Shown piece by piece: positions 37,741 to 50,245 of a DNA stretch of 64,000 bases; within the stretch, counting starts at the first letter, position 1, and every line of letters starts with the position of its first letter. The DNA is taken from NCBI GenBank assembly GCA_964016885.1, contig OZ024746.1:46004001-46068000 (forward strand). Reading direction: 5' to 3'. Source of the DNA: Eledone cirrhosa. Its lineage: Eukaryota. The position numbers and the translations under genes are program-made. The notes beneath the pieces are model-generated. The model saw nothing but the letters and a program-made list of their open reading frames with translations, had not been told where the DNA came from and searched no databases.

Positions 37741-38538
37741 AAAACAATTATACACAGATTCTATACAAAAACAAAAAAAAAGCAGAATTTGGAGAGGTTG
37801 GTATAATGAGGAAGCTTAGATGATCAACTACAGTCATTAATTGCAGAATAGCTGAGCAGACAACAGTCAATTCAACTGTAAGCTAGTGTTTGTATTTTGA
37901 TTATTAAAAGGCCTGTACATCAATCATATTTATTTTTTTAGATGTAGTCCATTATGTCCATAGTGTGTGAATACTATGTAAACACATGTTGGATTCATTG
38001 CCTCAGATATCTTATATAGGTATATACACATATTCATAAAAACTGCCTGACATTTAGAAAAAATGTTTGATTCTATTTTGATAAACAGTACTTTTAATTT
38101 AAATTTCACATTATTGGGGTTTTTTTCTATTGGATTTTGTAATTTGCAGTTTAATTGTAAGATATGTCAAGGGGAAATATCTTGAAATTTCAGAAAGAAA
38201 AACATTCAAAGAAAGTTCTATATTTTTAGCTCAACAGTAATAAGTAAAGATTTATTAATGTATGTATATATATTTAAATTATTTATTTCATTTTTATGTA
38301 CGTGAGCATGTTTCTAAGAATATTGAAATTTTAGTATATTAGTATGTATTCTTGTATATTTATCACTTTGGACATGTGCCTGTCTAGTTATTGGTGGACA
38401 TATGATTGATTCATATGATCAAGTCTATAAAAGATTTAAATGGAAAGTTCAGACATTTTACTAAGATTTACATACACAAGCATGTACACATACAAACACC
38501 AAGGAATACAGAGAAATATGTGTGTGTGTGCGCGCGTT

Positions 38539-38610
<72 letters not shown>

Positions 38611-39084
38611 TGTGTGTGTGTGTGTGTAGGGAAGATATAGACAAAATAGATGAACATATATAGGTTAATTGAAATATATATATATATATGTATCTATATA
38701 TTTATTATAAAATGTTGCAGTCATCCATTACACACTACAGAAATTTACACTTAAATGGAACTTTTTGATTGAAACTTTATCTAATAATAAAAATGAAATA
38801 TTTGACTGTAATCATCAGCGTTATCATCGTTTAACATCCACTTTCCTTTGTATATAGGTATATATATTTAATATAGAAATGGCTTCTACTGGACAAGAAC
38901 TGTTTCATTCGGAAGAAATCATCAGGAAAGCTGACTGTCAATGTAATATGGTGGTATTTATACATTTTCTAGTGGTAGGAAAAGGTGGTAATTGGGATGG
39001 GTAAGTATGACTTTATTCTGAAGAAAAATGTCGACCATACTTAAATATGGAATGATACGTGATGCCCCCCCCCCCCCCACACAC

Positions 39085-39545
39085 ACAATCCCGGCGGACA
39101 GAATGGAGAAGGCGTTTCCCCGGAGGACGGCAAGGGAGACGTGCTGGAAAAGCCACTCCAGCCCGCGGGGTTCACACCTGTGGCTGGCCAGCTCAGCGCC
39201 TATGGTGGTGAGTAGGGAGGTAGCCATAGGGCCGAGGACACCAGAAATCTCCACTGCCAGGGGTACAACCGCAAACCTGTTGGAGAGTGACCGGTATTTG
39301 AGGAGTTTGGCCTCCTCAGTCCGATGTGCAGCAGAACCTGGGTTAGTCGCAGACTGCACCAGGTTGCGGCTGCAGAAGTGTCGGTGCAAGTGGCATCCCA
39401 GACGAGGGGTTTACCATCGCGGAATGGGAAGATGGTCATGCCATCTGGCCTTTTGCCGTCCCATCGGTCCAGCCTCACCGGCTCGAGCTGGGAAGGGAAG
39501 CCTGCAGCGTCCAAGCCATGCTTTATGACCTCGTTGAGAGCAGAT
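39085..39545 (-). mobile_element. 5'-truncated CRE-clade non-LTR fragment (restriction-like endonuclease domain), frameshifted
   Basis: [37 protein letters not shown]...EEAKLLKY...[12 protein letters not shown]...LFQHVSLAVLRGNA across two frames. 5' end abuts (TA)n. Confidence 0.8.
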
Positions 39546-41441
39546 TGATATATATATATATATGGATATAATGGATATATATATATATATATATGTGGAA
39601 ATTGTTTTACATTGGAACAGTTTGAAAAATTTGTAAATTTTCTTTTATTTTATGTGTTGTTTCCTTTTATCTATTTGAAATGAAAATATAGTTTGACCTG
39701 CACTGGAAATTTATTGGCATACACAATAGTCATCATCACTAATGCTAAAGTTGAATAGCAGAATTATTGATTGAGGCAGCAAATAAGATTCTTTGTGCAT
39801 TTAGTTATATTTCTTTATGTTCTGAGTTCAAATCCTACCAAGGTTCAATTTACTTTCCATTCTTCCAGGGTTAACAAAGATAAATATCAATAAGATACAG
39901 GGAATGATTTAAATTAACTATACTATATTACTCTTTGAACATCAGAAGAAGTATGTAAATGACAGAAATCATCATAATCATCAGCAGCAATAAATACTAA
40001 ACAGTTTTCTATGTTTAAAACATTTTATGACAGGCTGCTATTCCTAAAATTAACCTTTCTAGCATGAATATTTGGATATATACTGGAAGCTTAGTTTTTT
40101 TTTCTCTAGTTTATCTGACATAGAATTAACAAATATTTAACCCTCTTCTAACTTAGTTCTCATATATATCTTAATTTTCATGAATCTACCCTTTATGTAT
40201 TGTTGCAATCTTGAAATACTCACTAAAGTTATATTAGAAAGCTATTCACAGTAGTAATAAAATAGCGTGACTCATGGTAAAGGTGAAATGGAGGCATATA
40301 CAATCTGCTTGTCTAATAAACATATATGTCTTGCTATGAATATTTGTGATCATGTTGATGATACAGCTAATTAATCCTAGCCAGTCAGGCATGCCCTACA
40401 TGCAAATAAGCATCTCCAGTAGATGTTTCATAGGCAAAAATTATATAAGCTAGAGTTTATTTTTCTCTCATTACTAAGTGAGTATATATTGCTGATGATG
40501 GTTAAAACATCTTGAAACACCAGTGTATGTAATTTTCACACAGCTACTGAGGTAATTATAATATGATCCAACTTAAAACATTAATAGACAGACATATATA
40601 CTTCTTATAAATAAATAGTTCATATATGCTTCCATATACACCTCTATTAAAAAGCCATTATTGGTTTCTACAGCTCTAGTATTGACTTTTGAAAAGAGAA
40701 GTTAAAGTTGACTGAATTTAATCCATTAAATTACTATTTCTTATATGTTGTTATTTAGCACTAAGTTGACCTTGATTGATCACGCCTATGATTAAATGAA
40801 CTCCAGCTATGAACAACCAGTATTGCTTTCTAAACTACATCTAAGTATCTAATGTACTCTTCACTTTTTCATGAGATGGTTGGCTGTAATTTGAGAAAGA
40901 TTTGATTGCTATTTCAAACAGGTCTGGCAAGCATGTAAACGAATCATTTGTTTGTCTGGTTCAAATATTATCAAACTAGTGCTGATAGGTGAATGAAATA
41001 AAGTTAAACTAGAGTGGCTTTTAACTAATGACTCGATGTGATCAACCTACATACATTAATGTGTATAGTTCATAAGTGGAATAAATTAAATTTGTCATGA
41101 GGAAGAGGAAACACCTACGATTTCAAGTAGAACTAATCTAATAATGATTAAGTCAGTATCATCAACTTATTCTACTCTTGAACTGTTTATAATGACTAAT
41201 TGCCATTGTGGATTATAACCAGTCCCCTCAGGTCCTGCTGTTTACTATAATACATTTAGTCCAGTGCTCTGCAATTTTTCTTAGATCCCCACCCTTCTTT
41301 CTAAAGAATATAACATGTTATTTGGTCTGAAGTAGGGTTCATATCCTTAAACTTTTCAGTAGTAGCTAATAGTGTAAATGAAGTTAAAAATAAGATTCCA
41401 GCCATAACTAACTCATGATCATTGATTGTAGAGTGCATGTA

Positions 41442-41617
41442 CAAGAGAAGGCTGAAAAGTTCATAGGCTTACTATGAAGGAGTGATACTAGTGCTGTGAA
41501 ATCTTGCTTGTATTGATTTCAACTCCTCTTTCCAGGGACTATGTTAAAAAATAAACCTCATTTGAGGTTTATTTGAGAATATCTTAGTCATCCTATGGAC
41601 TTTTCAACCAACCCTCG
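41442..41617. mobile_element. Mariner-type MITE
   Basis: TA target duplication; imperfect ~28-bp TIRs (caagagaaggctgaaaagttcatagg / cctatggacttttcaaccaaccctcg). Confidence 0.7.
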
Positions 41618-41977
41618 TAAGTTAAAGAGTTGTTGCAAATACAATTCTCAAGTGTCTTGAAGTGTCAATGACTGTTCAAAGCTGTAGCATTTTCTGATCA
41701 TGAAGAAGAACGCCAAATTTTGTTTATGTAGTCTTGGGTCTGCTGTAGAGGTCTAATCAGGAATCATGAAGCCTATCATTTACGTGTCATTCTGAGTTTG
41801 TAACATGCAGTGTGTGATTGGTGTTAGGAAGGGCATCCAGCCGTAGAAAACCTGCCAGGCAGTCCTATACCAGCAAGACAACCAATATTGCCTCTAGTGG
41901 GACAATTCCCATCTAAACCCATGCTAGCGTGGAAGATAGACGTTAAACGATGATGATGATGATATATGTATATATAT

Positions 41978-42787
41978 ATTTAACTAAGATAACTAGCTAG
42001 TTACCTCCCCTTACGCATTAATTCCCCTTAGTCATTCAGACACTTCCGGAATCTGGACAGCATGATCTATTAATTAAGAACCTACTGGATACGGTTTATA
42101 ACTTGATTATATGCTGAACCATCGCGAATTATACGATAGACACGTGTTCTATATATTGCGTCCCATGGATTATGTGAGTGGCGGTGTGAGCGAAGACAGT
42201 GGTACGGCTTTGCCTACGATACAATAAGGTTTATAGTATGTTGAAAGTTTCTGATATTTTGGTGCTTCCCTGCATCCGAGACTGTATATCATACAGATGT
42301 ATGAGAATAAATGACTTAATAATCCAGCCCACATAATAAGATCGATTGCCTGCGTCAACTGCCTGACCCTGCAAATATCATTCTGACGCACTCTAATCAT
42401 GTATAAATAAGACACGCGTGCATGCTACACGTGAGATTGTTTCATGCACTGACTACTCTAAGCTTTCCTCTTGCTTTATCTTCATAGACTGCCAACGCTT
42501 CATGTTTATCTTTATTTTCATTCTTGCTTTTATTTTTATTTTTATTTTTATTTGTATTTTTATCCTGTAACCTTTACATGTAAATTGCCATGCTATATCA
42601 TTTGATGAGTCTCACCCCACTGTTGATCAATATGCGCATATGTTTTATGTGTCTCTTGGGTTGAAAAGGAGGTCAAGTATGTTATAGATCAGTAAATAGT
42701 TGCTCCGAAGAATCCAAACCTCGGTTTGGAGGAAACAATTGTAAGCAAATAAATGACTTAAACTGAACTTTGATTATTGTAATCTCT
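41978..42787 (+). repeat. 5' pseudo-LTR of the Penelope-like element
   Basis: Matches 46697-47506 at offset 4719. Confidence 0.92.
42700..42748 (+). ncRNA. Minimal type I hammerhead in 5' pLTR (CCGAAGA core variant)
   Basis: UUGCU-CCGAAGA-a-UCCAAAC(cucg)GUUUGGA-g-GAA-ACAAUUGU (palindrome)-A|AGCAA. Confidence 0.72.
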
Positions 42788-43001
42788 ATATAACTGCTCT
42801 GTAAAACAACTGATGTTATTACATTGAGCTATTTATCTTACTGGTAATAGGATAGTAATTAATGACTATCTTTCACTATTTAGGGTTTGTATATATAATA
42901 TATTACCATTAAAGGTTTTATTACATACATAACCATAAATAGTACCCTTAATACTAATAACTGCTCCATTTTGTTGAGCTGATATACCATAAATTACCAG
43001 C

Positions 43002-44786
43002 ATGCTGATCAAAGACCAACTCCCTATGTCAACCAAGAACATACCTTTACCAACCAAAAATACATATGAAAAGTTGTTGATCAACAGTGTAAACTCCTTT
43101 ATCAATAGAGTGAGATGGAGGACATTCCATTATGATAGAAACAAATTTGGCAAGGATAATAACACCAACAAATTTGACTCCTTCGGCTTTAAAACATTTA
43201 GAAGCCCCCCTCATAACACACTACTAAACCAGTTCGAAAACGACCTAACTAAACTAGTTAAAAACATTAAATACAAAAAACACCATAATAAAAACAACAC
43301 CTTCTTAAACAAACTTAGCACCTCTATTAATGACTTCAAAACTAGTAGTAAATTTTTTGTACATGCCGACAAAACTAATAACATATACAGCCTAGATTAT
43401 AATACGTATAGAAAGTTTATATATAATGAACTACATAAAAGCTACAAGAAAACCACTATGAAAAACTTAGAAGATATTAATATGGAAGGCTATAATATAG
43501 TATCCAAACTAGGGCTCCAGAGACATACACAACCTTACACACCAAACCCCCCTAGATTCTCTCTGAAGGACCATAAGGTTGACTTCATTAGCAACCCCTC
43601 GATTAGACTAATCTGCCCCTCCAGGTCTGACATTGGCATTATCAGTAAAAAAATTCTAGACAAAATCATCCCACAGATTAAACACAAGATTTACCTTAAA
43701 CAATGGGGAAATACGGGTGAAGTGATTGAATGGTTCAAAAATATCATAGATAACAAGGATAAAAAATTTATTCAATTTGATATCAACTCTTACTACACCT
43801 CTATTTCCCCTATCCTACTAAATAAGACACTTATAATGGCCATGGACAATAGTGACTTGACTAGACCCCAGATTGATGTCATACTTGCGGCCCGTAAAAC
43901 AATAATCACATTTGAAGACCAATTATGGACCCGCAAGGATACGCAAAACAACTTCGACATTACTATGGGGTCTAGTGACTCGGCGCAGGTCACTGATTTA
44001 GTTGGCCTATACTTACTTAACCAAATCCACAGGGAACTCCCGTACCTCAGCGGTGGTTTGTATCGCGACGATGCACTTCTACTTATAGACTATAAAAAAA
44101 TCAATATAGAAAGGACTAGAAAACTATTGCACAAAACATTCAAAAACTTTAACCTTAGTATTACCATGGACAAAAACACCAAAAACGTCAACTTCCTAGA
44201 CGCCACACTCTACCTAGACTCAATGATATATGCACCTTTCCACAAACCTAATGAAAAACTCATCTACGTAGATACCAAGTCTAACCACCCTAAATCTATA
44301 TTAAACTCTATCTCTAAGGGAGTATCTAATAGAATCTCTAATCTATCCTATGACATAAACACATTTAACAATAACTCTCAGTATTATAATCAGGCATTAG
44401 CTAGATCAGGCCATAATACAGGGATAGAGTTCCTACCTACAAAAACACATAGCTACAGCATCATTTCACACAACATGTCCATGGGAAAATTTAACAATAG
44501 GAATAGCAACTGCACACACACTAATAGGGATTGTAACAACAAAAGTAACCCGCACCACAGAAATGACCATAGGAACATTAAAGGAAACAAATCACCAGAC
44601 ATAAAAAACAGAAATAGAAGAAGAAATAATACATTTTTCAACCCTCCTTTCAATTTAAACGTCTCCACCAACCTACCTAGGGCTTTCTTCTCACTGCTAG
44701 ATAAACACTTCCCATCCGGCCACAGGTACCACGGCCTTTTAAACAAAAACACTATTAAGATCTCTTACTCAACTAGCCTAACTTAG
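43002..44786 (+). CDS. Penelope-like reverse transcriptase (594 aa to premature stop)
   Basis: STKNIPLP..FINRVRWR N-terminus; ADKTNNIY; FIQFDINSYYTSI; FDITMGSSDSAQVTDLVGLYLL; LYRDD; VNFLDATL; SNHPKSI. Confidence 0.92.
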   Translation: MLIKDQLPMSTKNIPLPTKNTYEKLLINSVNSFINRVRWRTFHYDRNKFGKDNNTNKFDSFGFKTFRSPPHNTLLNQFENDLTKLVKNIKYKKHHNKNNTFLNKLSTSINDFKTSSKFFVHADKTNNIYSLDYNTYRKFIYNELHKSYKKTTMKNLEDINMEGYNIVSKLGLQRHTQPYTPNPPRFSLKDHKVDFISNPSIRLICPSRSDIGIISKKILDKIIPQIKHKIYLKQWGNTGEVIEWFKNIIDNKDKKFIQFDINSYYTSISPILLNKTLIMAMDNSDLTRPQIDVILAARKTIITFEDQLWTRKDTQNNFDITMGSSDSAQVTDLVGLYLLNQIHRELPYLSGGLYRDDALLLIDYKKINIERTRKLLHKTFKNFNLSITMDKNTKNVNFLDATLYLDSMIYAPFHKPNEKLIYVDTKSNHPKSILNSISKGVSNRISNLSYDINTFNNNSQYYNQALARSGHNTGIEFLPTKTHSYSIISHNMSMGKFNNRNSNCTHTNRDCNNKSNPHHRNDHRNIKGNKSPDIKNRNRRRNNTFFNPPFNLNVSTNLPRAFFSLLDKHFPSGHRYHGLLNKNTIKISYSTSLT

Positions 44787-45484
44787 CATACCACATAGCT
44801 AGTACAAATAAAAGAAAAATTAATTCTTACTTCCAACAAACTAAATCACAACAGTCGATAAACCTTCAAAATAACATTCAAAATAACAGTCAAAGTAACA
44901 TTATAGCAAATAACCGTAATATCAATGGAAATAATAGTAATAGCACTAGTGTAAACATTAACGCCGCGTACCACAACCCACATAACCATAACCCTATAGC
45001 TAACATCCAAACTTCTACACAGCATAGTAACCGGCAGACTAGCACCCAGAGTAATTGTAACTGTAGATCAAGTAGAACCTGCCCTTTAGATAAAAAATGC
45101 TTAACCAAGGATATCATATACTCATGTACAGTCACAACTAACAACTCTTCTGAAACCTATATAGGCTCTACTTCTAACTGCTTCAAAACTAGATACAATT
45201 CGCACCTCCACTCTTTCAAAAAACACAGTCTAGCCAACTCCACTTCACTATCTAGCTACATACACTATCTAAAAACTAAAACTAAAATATATACACTTAA
45301 ATGGGAAATGGTAGGTAGTGCAACATCGTACAAACCACCTAATAAATTTTGTAACCTCTGTCTACTAGAGACCCATACTATCATCTTCTCTAAACATAAT
45401 CTCCTTAATAAAAAATCGGAAGTGTTCGCAACTTGCCAACACCGCTTCCGACACTCGTTCCAAAACTTTAAACCCTATATATAA
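44777..45484 (+). CDS. GIY-YIG endonuclease half of the Penelope ORF, in the -1 frame (missed by the ORF track)
   Basis: Open frame PNLAYHIASTNKRK...CNCRSSRTCPLDKKC..DIIYSCTV..TYIGST..FKTRYNSH..CNLCLLE..LLNKKSE..CQH, stop TAA at 45482-45484. Confidence 0.88.
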   Translation, partial: PNLAYHIASTNKRKINSYFQQTKSQQSINLQNNIQNNSQSNIIANNRNINGNNSNSTSVNINAAYHNPHNHNPIANIQTSTQHSNRQTSTQSNCNCRSSRTCPLDKKCLTKDIIYSCTVTTNNSSETYIGSTSNCFKTRYNSHLHSFKKHSLANSTSLSSYIHYLKTKTKIYTLKWEMVGSATSYKPPNKFCNLCLLETHTIIFSKHNLLNKKSEVFATCQHRFRHSFQNFKPYI

Positions 45485-46696
45485 TAATGTCAGACTGGAA
45501 CCGGCACCACCCCTAGCAATTAACATCAGTAGCTCACCTTACACCTCACATCCACACCCATTTGTATACTCTAAAGATAATACTGACAGCATTTTAGTAC
45601 CACCTACCCTGGGAATACCCCCTTGTACCTCTAATTCTGATATCTCGACCGTGGACTACTTAATCTGCATTGCACAAATATAAGATTAGTATAAACCGGG
45701 GACACGGTACTGGTTGCGATAACATAGTCCTGTGCATGGATTCCCACCAAGAGATAGATTGATGATTAGATAGATAATCGTATTGTTACGTGAATATATA
45801 CTGTAAACGATCAGTTCAATGAATTATGCACAGGAGATGCATGAGTTAGGAGCCTCTGTATTGCCTGGTGACCTGACCGGCACCTTTTGACGAGAGAACC
45901 GGCCACCGGACCACCCTGGTGAATTTACCGGGGATGCAGTCATACCACGACCTGAACCTCGCCGGGAGTCATGTATGATAATATGACCATTACTGATAGT
46001 GAGACCCATGTAATTAATTATGTAGTCTGACTCTTCTTATGGATTAGCCGGGTGTGGCACCCCATGTTGGATTGTGGTCATCATGATACGAACTCCTTTA
46101 GTACTTGTTACTGGACTCCACTCTAGCCTGTGGGTGGGATACCTGATCTATATGCGGGATGTGAGTTTATGTATTGCTTGGTGGATGGACAGGTGCCATG
46201 GTATGAGAGATTTAATCTCCAGATTGTAATCATCTTGATGTGAACTCCTCTAGTACCTATTAATAGACTCCACTCTAACTTGTAGATGTGATACTTAATT
46301 GATTTATATATGAGATGGGGGTTGTCTATTCCTTGAGGACCAGACTAGTGCCTTTATATGTGAAATTAGACCTCCGGACCATACCGAAGATTTACCGGAG
46401 ATTCAGACATGCAATGACCCGGAGCCTACCGGGGGGCATATATAATAGTGGAACTATACCAGGTCTACTGTTATATTACATTTGCATGGAACAGTGACTC
46501 GAGAGTCTGACTCCTCTTATAGAATGTTCAGATATGACACCCCTTAATGTATGGTAATCATCTTAATATATACACCCTTGTACTTCTTAATGGACAACTC
46601 TCTAACCTATAATTGGGAAACATACTCTAGAAATTAGTTATAACTTCATATGATAGGCACGTATTTGATTCACCATTAATGTAGTTTAGGATAATA

Positions 46697-47501
46697 ATTT
46701 AACTAAGATAACTAGCTAGTTACCTCCCCTTACGCATTAATTCCCCTTAGTCATTCAGACACTTCCGGAATCTGGACAGCATGATCTATTAATTAAGAAC
46801 CTACTGGATACGGTTTATAACTTGATTATATGCTGAACCATCGCGAATTATACGATAGATACGTGTTCTATATATTGCGTCCCATGGATTATGTGAGTGG
46901 CGGTGTGAGCGAAGACAGTGGTACGGCTTTGCCTACGATACAATATGGTTTATAGTATGTTGAAAGTTTCTGATATTTTGGTGCTTCCCTGCATCCGAGA
47001 CTGTATATCATACAGATGTATGAGAATAAATGACTTAATAATCCAGCCCACATAATAAGATCGATTGCCTGCTTCAACTGCCTGACCCTGCAAATATCAT
47101 TCTGACGCACTCTAATCATGTATAAATAAGACACGCGTGCATGCTACACGTGAGATTGTTTCATGCACTGACTACTCTAAGCTTTCCTCTTGCTTTATCT
47201 TCATAGACTGCCAACGCTTCATGTTTATCTTTATTTTCATTCTTGCTTTTATTTTTATTTTTATTTTTATTTGTATTTTTATCCTGTAACCTTTACATGT
47301 AAATTGCCATGCTATATCATTTGATGAGTGTCACCCCACTGTTGATCAATATGCGCATATGTTTTATGTGTCTCTTGGGTTGAAAAGGAGGTCAAGTATG
47401 TTATAGATCAGTAAATAGTTGCTCCGAAGAATCCAAACCTTGGTTTGGAGGAAACAATTGTAAGCAAATAAATGACTTAAACTGAACTTTGATTATTGTA
47501 A

Positions 47502-47506
<5 letters not shown>
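46697..47506 (+). repeat. 3' pseudo-LTR of the Penelope-like element (HHR at 47419-47467)
   Basis: Copy of 41978-42787; ends in (TC)n(TA)n. Confidence 0.92.
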
Positions 47507-47532
<26 letters not shown>

Positions 47533-47616
47533 GTATATGTATATATATAAATATATGTATATATATATATGTATATATATGTGCATATATATATATATAT
47601 ATATATACATATATGC

Positions 47617-47684
<68 letters not shown>

Positions 47685-47794
47685 ATATATGCATATATAT
47701 ATACACATATATATATATATATATATACATATTTATATATGTAAAAGGTAAACAGCAATAACAACACAATCGGTACATATATACATATATACAT

Positions 47795-48243
47795 ATCATC
47801 ATCATCATCATCATCACCGTTTGACGTCCATTCTTCCACACTAGCATGGGTTAGACGGGTTGTCCTGTTGTGGGCAGTGTCCAGTCGGCTGACCTTGTCT
47901 TGCTCATACAGGATATGAGTCTGGCTTGATTTCTACAGCTGGATGCCCTTCCTAACACCAACCTCATTTACAGTGAGTGCTGGGTGCTTTTTTTACATGG
48001 CACCCCCACGACCACTTTACAGTGTGGGCTGCATGCTTTTTTTGCCATGGCACCTCCATAACCTCTTTGAAGTGGAATGATAGGGACCCCAGTCCTATCA
48101 TCTCATTTCTACAGCTGAGTAAATTGGAGCAATGTGAAATGAAGTGTCTTGCTCAATGAAACAACACATCACCCGGTCCGAATTGAGCTCACAACCTTTC
48201 GATTGCAAGCCCAATGCTCTAACCACTAACCCATGTGCCTTCA
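47795..48243 (-). mobile_element. tRNA-derived SINE with long RTE 3' tail, same family as 3337-3690
   Basis: Reverse complement of the SINE head and middle, plus a tail matching 16143-16405. Confidence 0.85.
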
Positions 48244-48305
48244 CATATACATATATATTTATATATACACCCATATACATATACACACACACACATATAT
48301 ATATA

Positions 48306-48868
48306 TATGGTGGCTGCCAACTCATTTTCGAGTACGGCCACTACTTTATATCTATGTAGGATAACTCCTACCGATGCGCTGAACAAGTGTGACTTTTTAG
48401 TCCAGCCAGCGACTTGAAAACTCTGGTACAAACACTACACTTGTGACAATTATTGACACATAGTGCTGGGCCCATGGTAGCATGTGTCGACAAGTGCAGA
48501 GAGATCTCCAGATATAAAGCAATGCCTGTGCCGTGAAGCTTTTATAGTGAGCAAAGGCACTGCACAAAGCCAGTCCCACTCTCTTAACCAAGATGATATT
48601 TACCAAAAAGAAGAACAAGTCAACATCATTGGATACCATCAGAGTTGCAGGTGTTATATCAGAGTTTTCCTTCTCCTAGAATTCTGCCTTGACAAAGGCT
48701 AAGGGGTCATCTCTCCCGGTGATTTTGGATGGCTATTGACTCTTAAGAGCTCCTTTGCCCTTTGACAGGTTTTGTTTTTAGTCCTGCAGGATGTCCAAAG
48801 TCACCCTCCTCACCAAGAAACCTTGGTGGGGTTGCCAGTTTAGTTGCCAACAACCCGACCATGAGACA
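48306..48868 (-). mobile_element. Second copy of the bipartite RTE-derived element
   Basis: Reverse complement of 23606-24167; the ORF track gives near-identical translations for both copies. Confidence 0.8.
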
Positions 48869-50245
48869 GGCTGTACTGGGATACATGTTACCAGTAGCAC
48901 CAACTGGTGACCTGACATATATATATACATACATACCCACAGACACACTCAAACAATGTATGAAGGCGAATTCTCAGACTTTTAAGTAATGAGAATACAT
49001 ATGTATGTGTGTGTATATATATATATATAAATGATGGTATTTTCAAGCATAAAGATGCCATAAAATAGCTTATATAATAGGGTGAACCCTTAAAAGCTGG
49101 AAAAAGAAGTTGCCTTCAACTTCTACAAGGAATTGATCACCATTTCTCTCAGATACTGGCTAGATGCTTTAAGCATTTAAGCTAAGGAACCATGACCACA
49201 CTTCTACCGTCTTTTAACTAGATAACTGTAGAAATGGGCTACGATGTTACTGATACTGAGTTGTGTCAGCCATTGGCTTTCCCTTGGCCAACACTAGTGG
49301 CATGGAGAGGGGAGACTGGTATCCATAAACAACCTTGCCCAGACTAGTGCCTTGGAAAGGGACCTTTCTTTGGTGCAAATCCCATGGTCATTCGTGAACA
49401 TTCGTGAATCTTGTAATTTAATTTAGGCTAAACCCAAAGATTATAATTCAAATCATTTTATAAATTTCAACATCTGTTTTGATTTAATGAAATGTAATTG
49501 CCCACATATCACATAATAATATTAAATTAGGGGAATGCATGCCCTAAAATACAAGGTAAAGCAGGCGATAATCAGCAAATAACAGACATGAAGTGAAAAG
49601 TAGTCTTTTTTAAAGGCCACATATGATATATATATGATGATGTAGGCAACCCATCTAGGAGAGCAACCACTCTGAATAAATTGGTGTGGGATGGAGAACG
49701 CACTAAGGCGTCTTCCATAGTGTTGGTGGTATGAATAAATGCATCCAGTTCATGCTGTAAAATGGAGGTGATGGAAGTGGCATTCAGCCGTTAAAAACCA
49801 TGCCAAAGTATGAGGTAGAGAGGGCTCCTGAGTTCAGTAAGACAACCTTGCTAGTGCAGGTTGCATGAATATTCTAAATAAACCTTATAAGTATACTTGT
49901 ATTTGCATTTTCAACTCAAGAGAGATGAAATGTAAGATCAATTGTGGGAAACTTGAATTTAGAAAACAAAATGTATTTAGCCTACCACTTTATATCAACA
50001 TGCCTACCCTACCAAATCTTTAAAAAGGGTACAAACTAATGATTTCTTATGACAAGGCAATGGCATATATTTTAATGAAGGGTGTACAACCAACTGAATC
50101 AAACCAGTATATTACAGATGATTATTTCATTCACTTAGATTGAATTTCAACTCGCATGCATTTAGACATAATGGATCTATTGCTATTTCACCATCTTCCA
50201 TAGAAATTATCAAAAAGACAATCAAGTTTATCAGTCATTACTTAC

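Larger units (their letters stand above)
41978..47506 (+). mobile_element. Penelope-like retroelement (Naiad-type), 4719-bp unit plus 810-bp terminal redundancy, antisense to the host gene
   Basis: Direct repeats 41978-42787 and 46697-47506 (about 5 differences seen); RT plus GIY-YIG coding region; an HHR in each repeat; microsatellite flanks. Confidence 0.92.

Noticed and set aside
42170-42415. Duplicated 81-aa ORF (also 46889-47134)
   Set aside because: Duplicated only because it lies in the pLTR; antisense and without motifs.
44777-45484. Selenocysteine recoding, reported for some Naiad elements
   Set aside because: The conserved cysteines use TGT/TGC and the break is a frameshift ending at TAG, not an in-frame TGA.
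41978-47506. LTR retrotransposon interpretation of the 810-bp direct repeats
   Set aside because: No TG..CA ends, PBS/PPT, gag, protease or integrase. The RT and GIY-YIG are Penelope-type.
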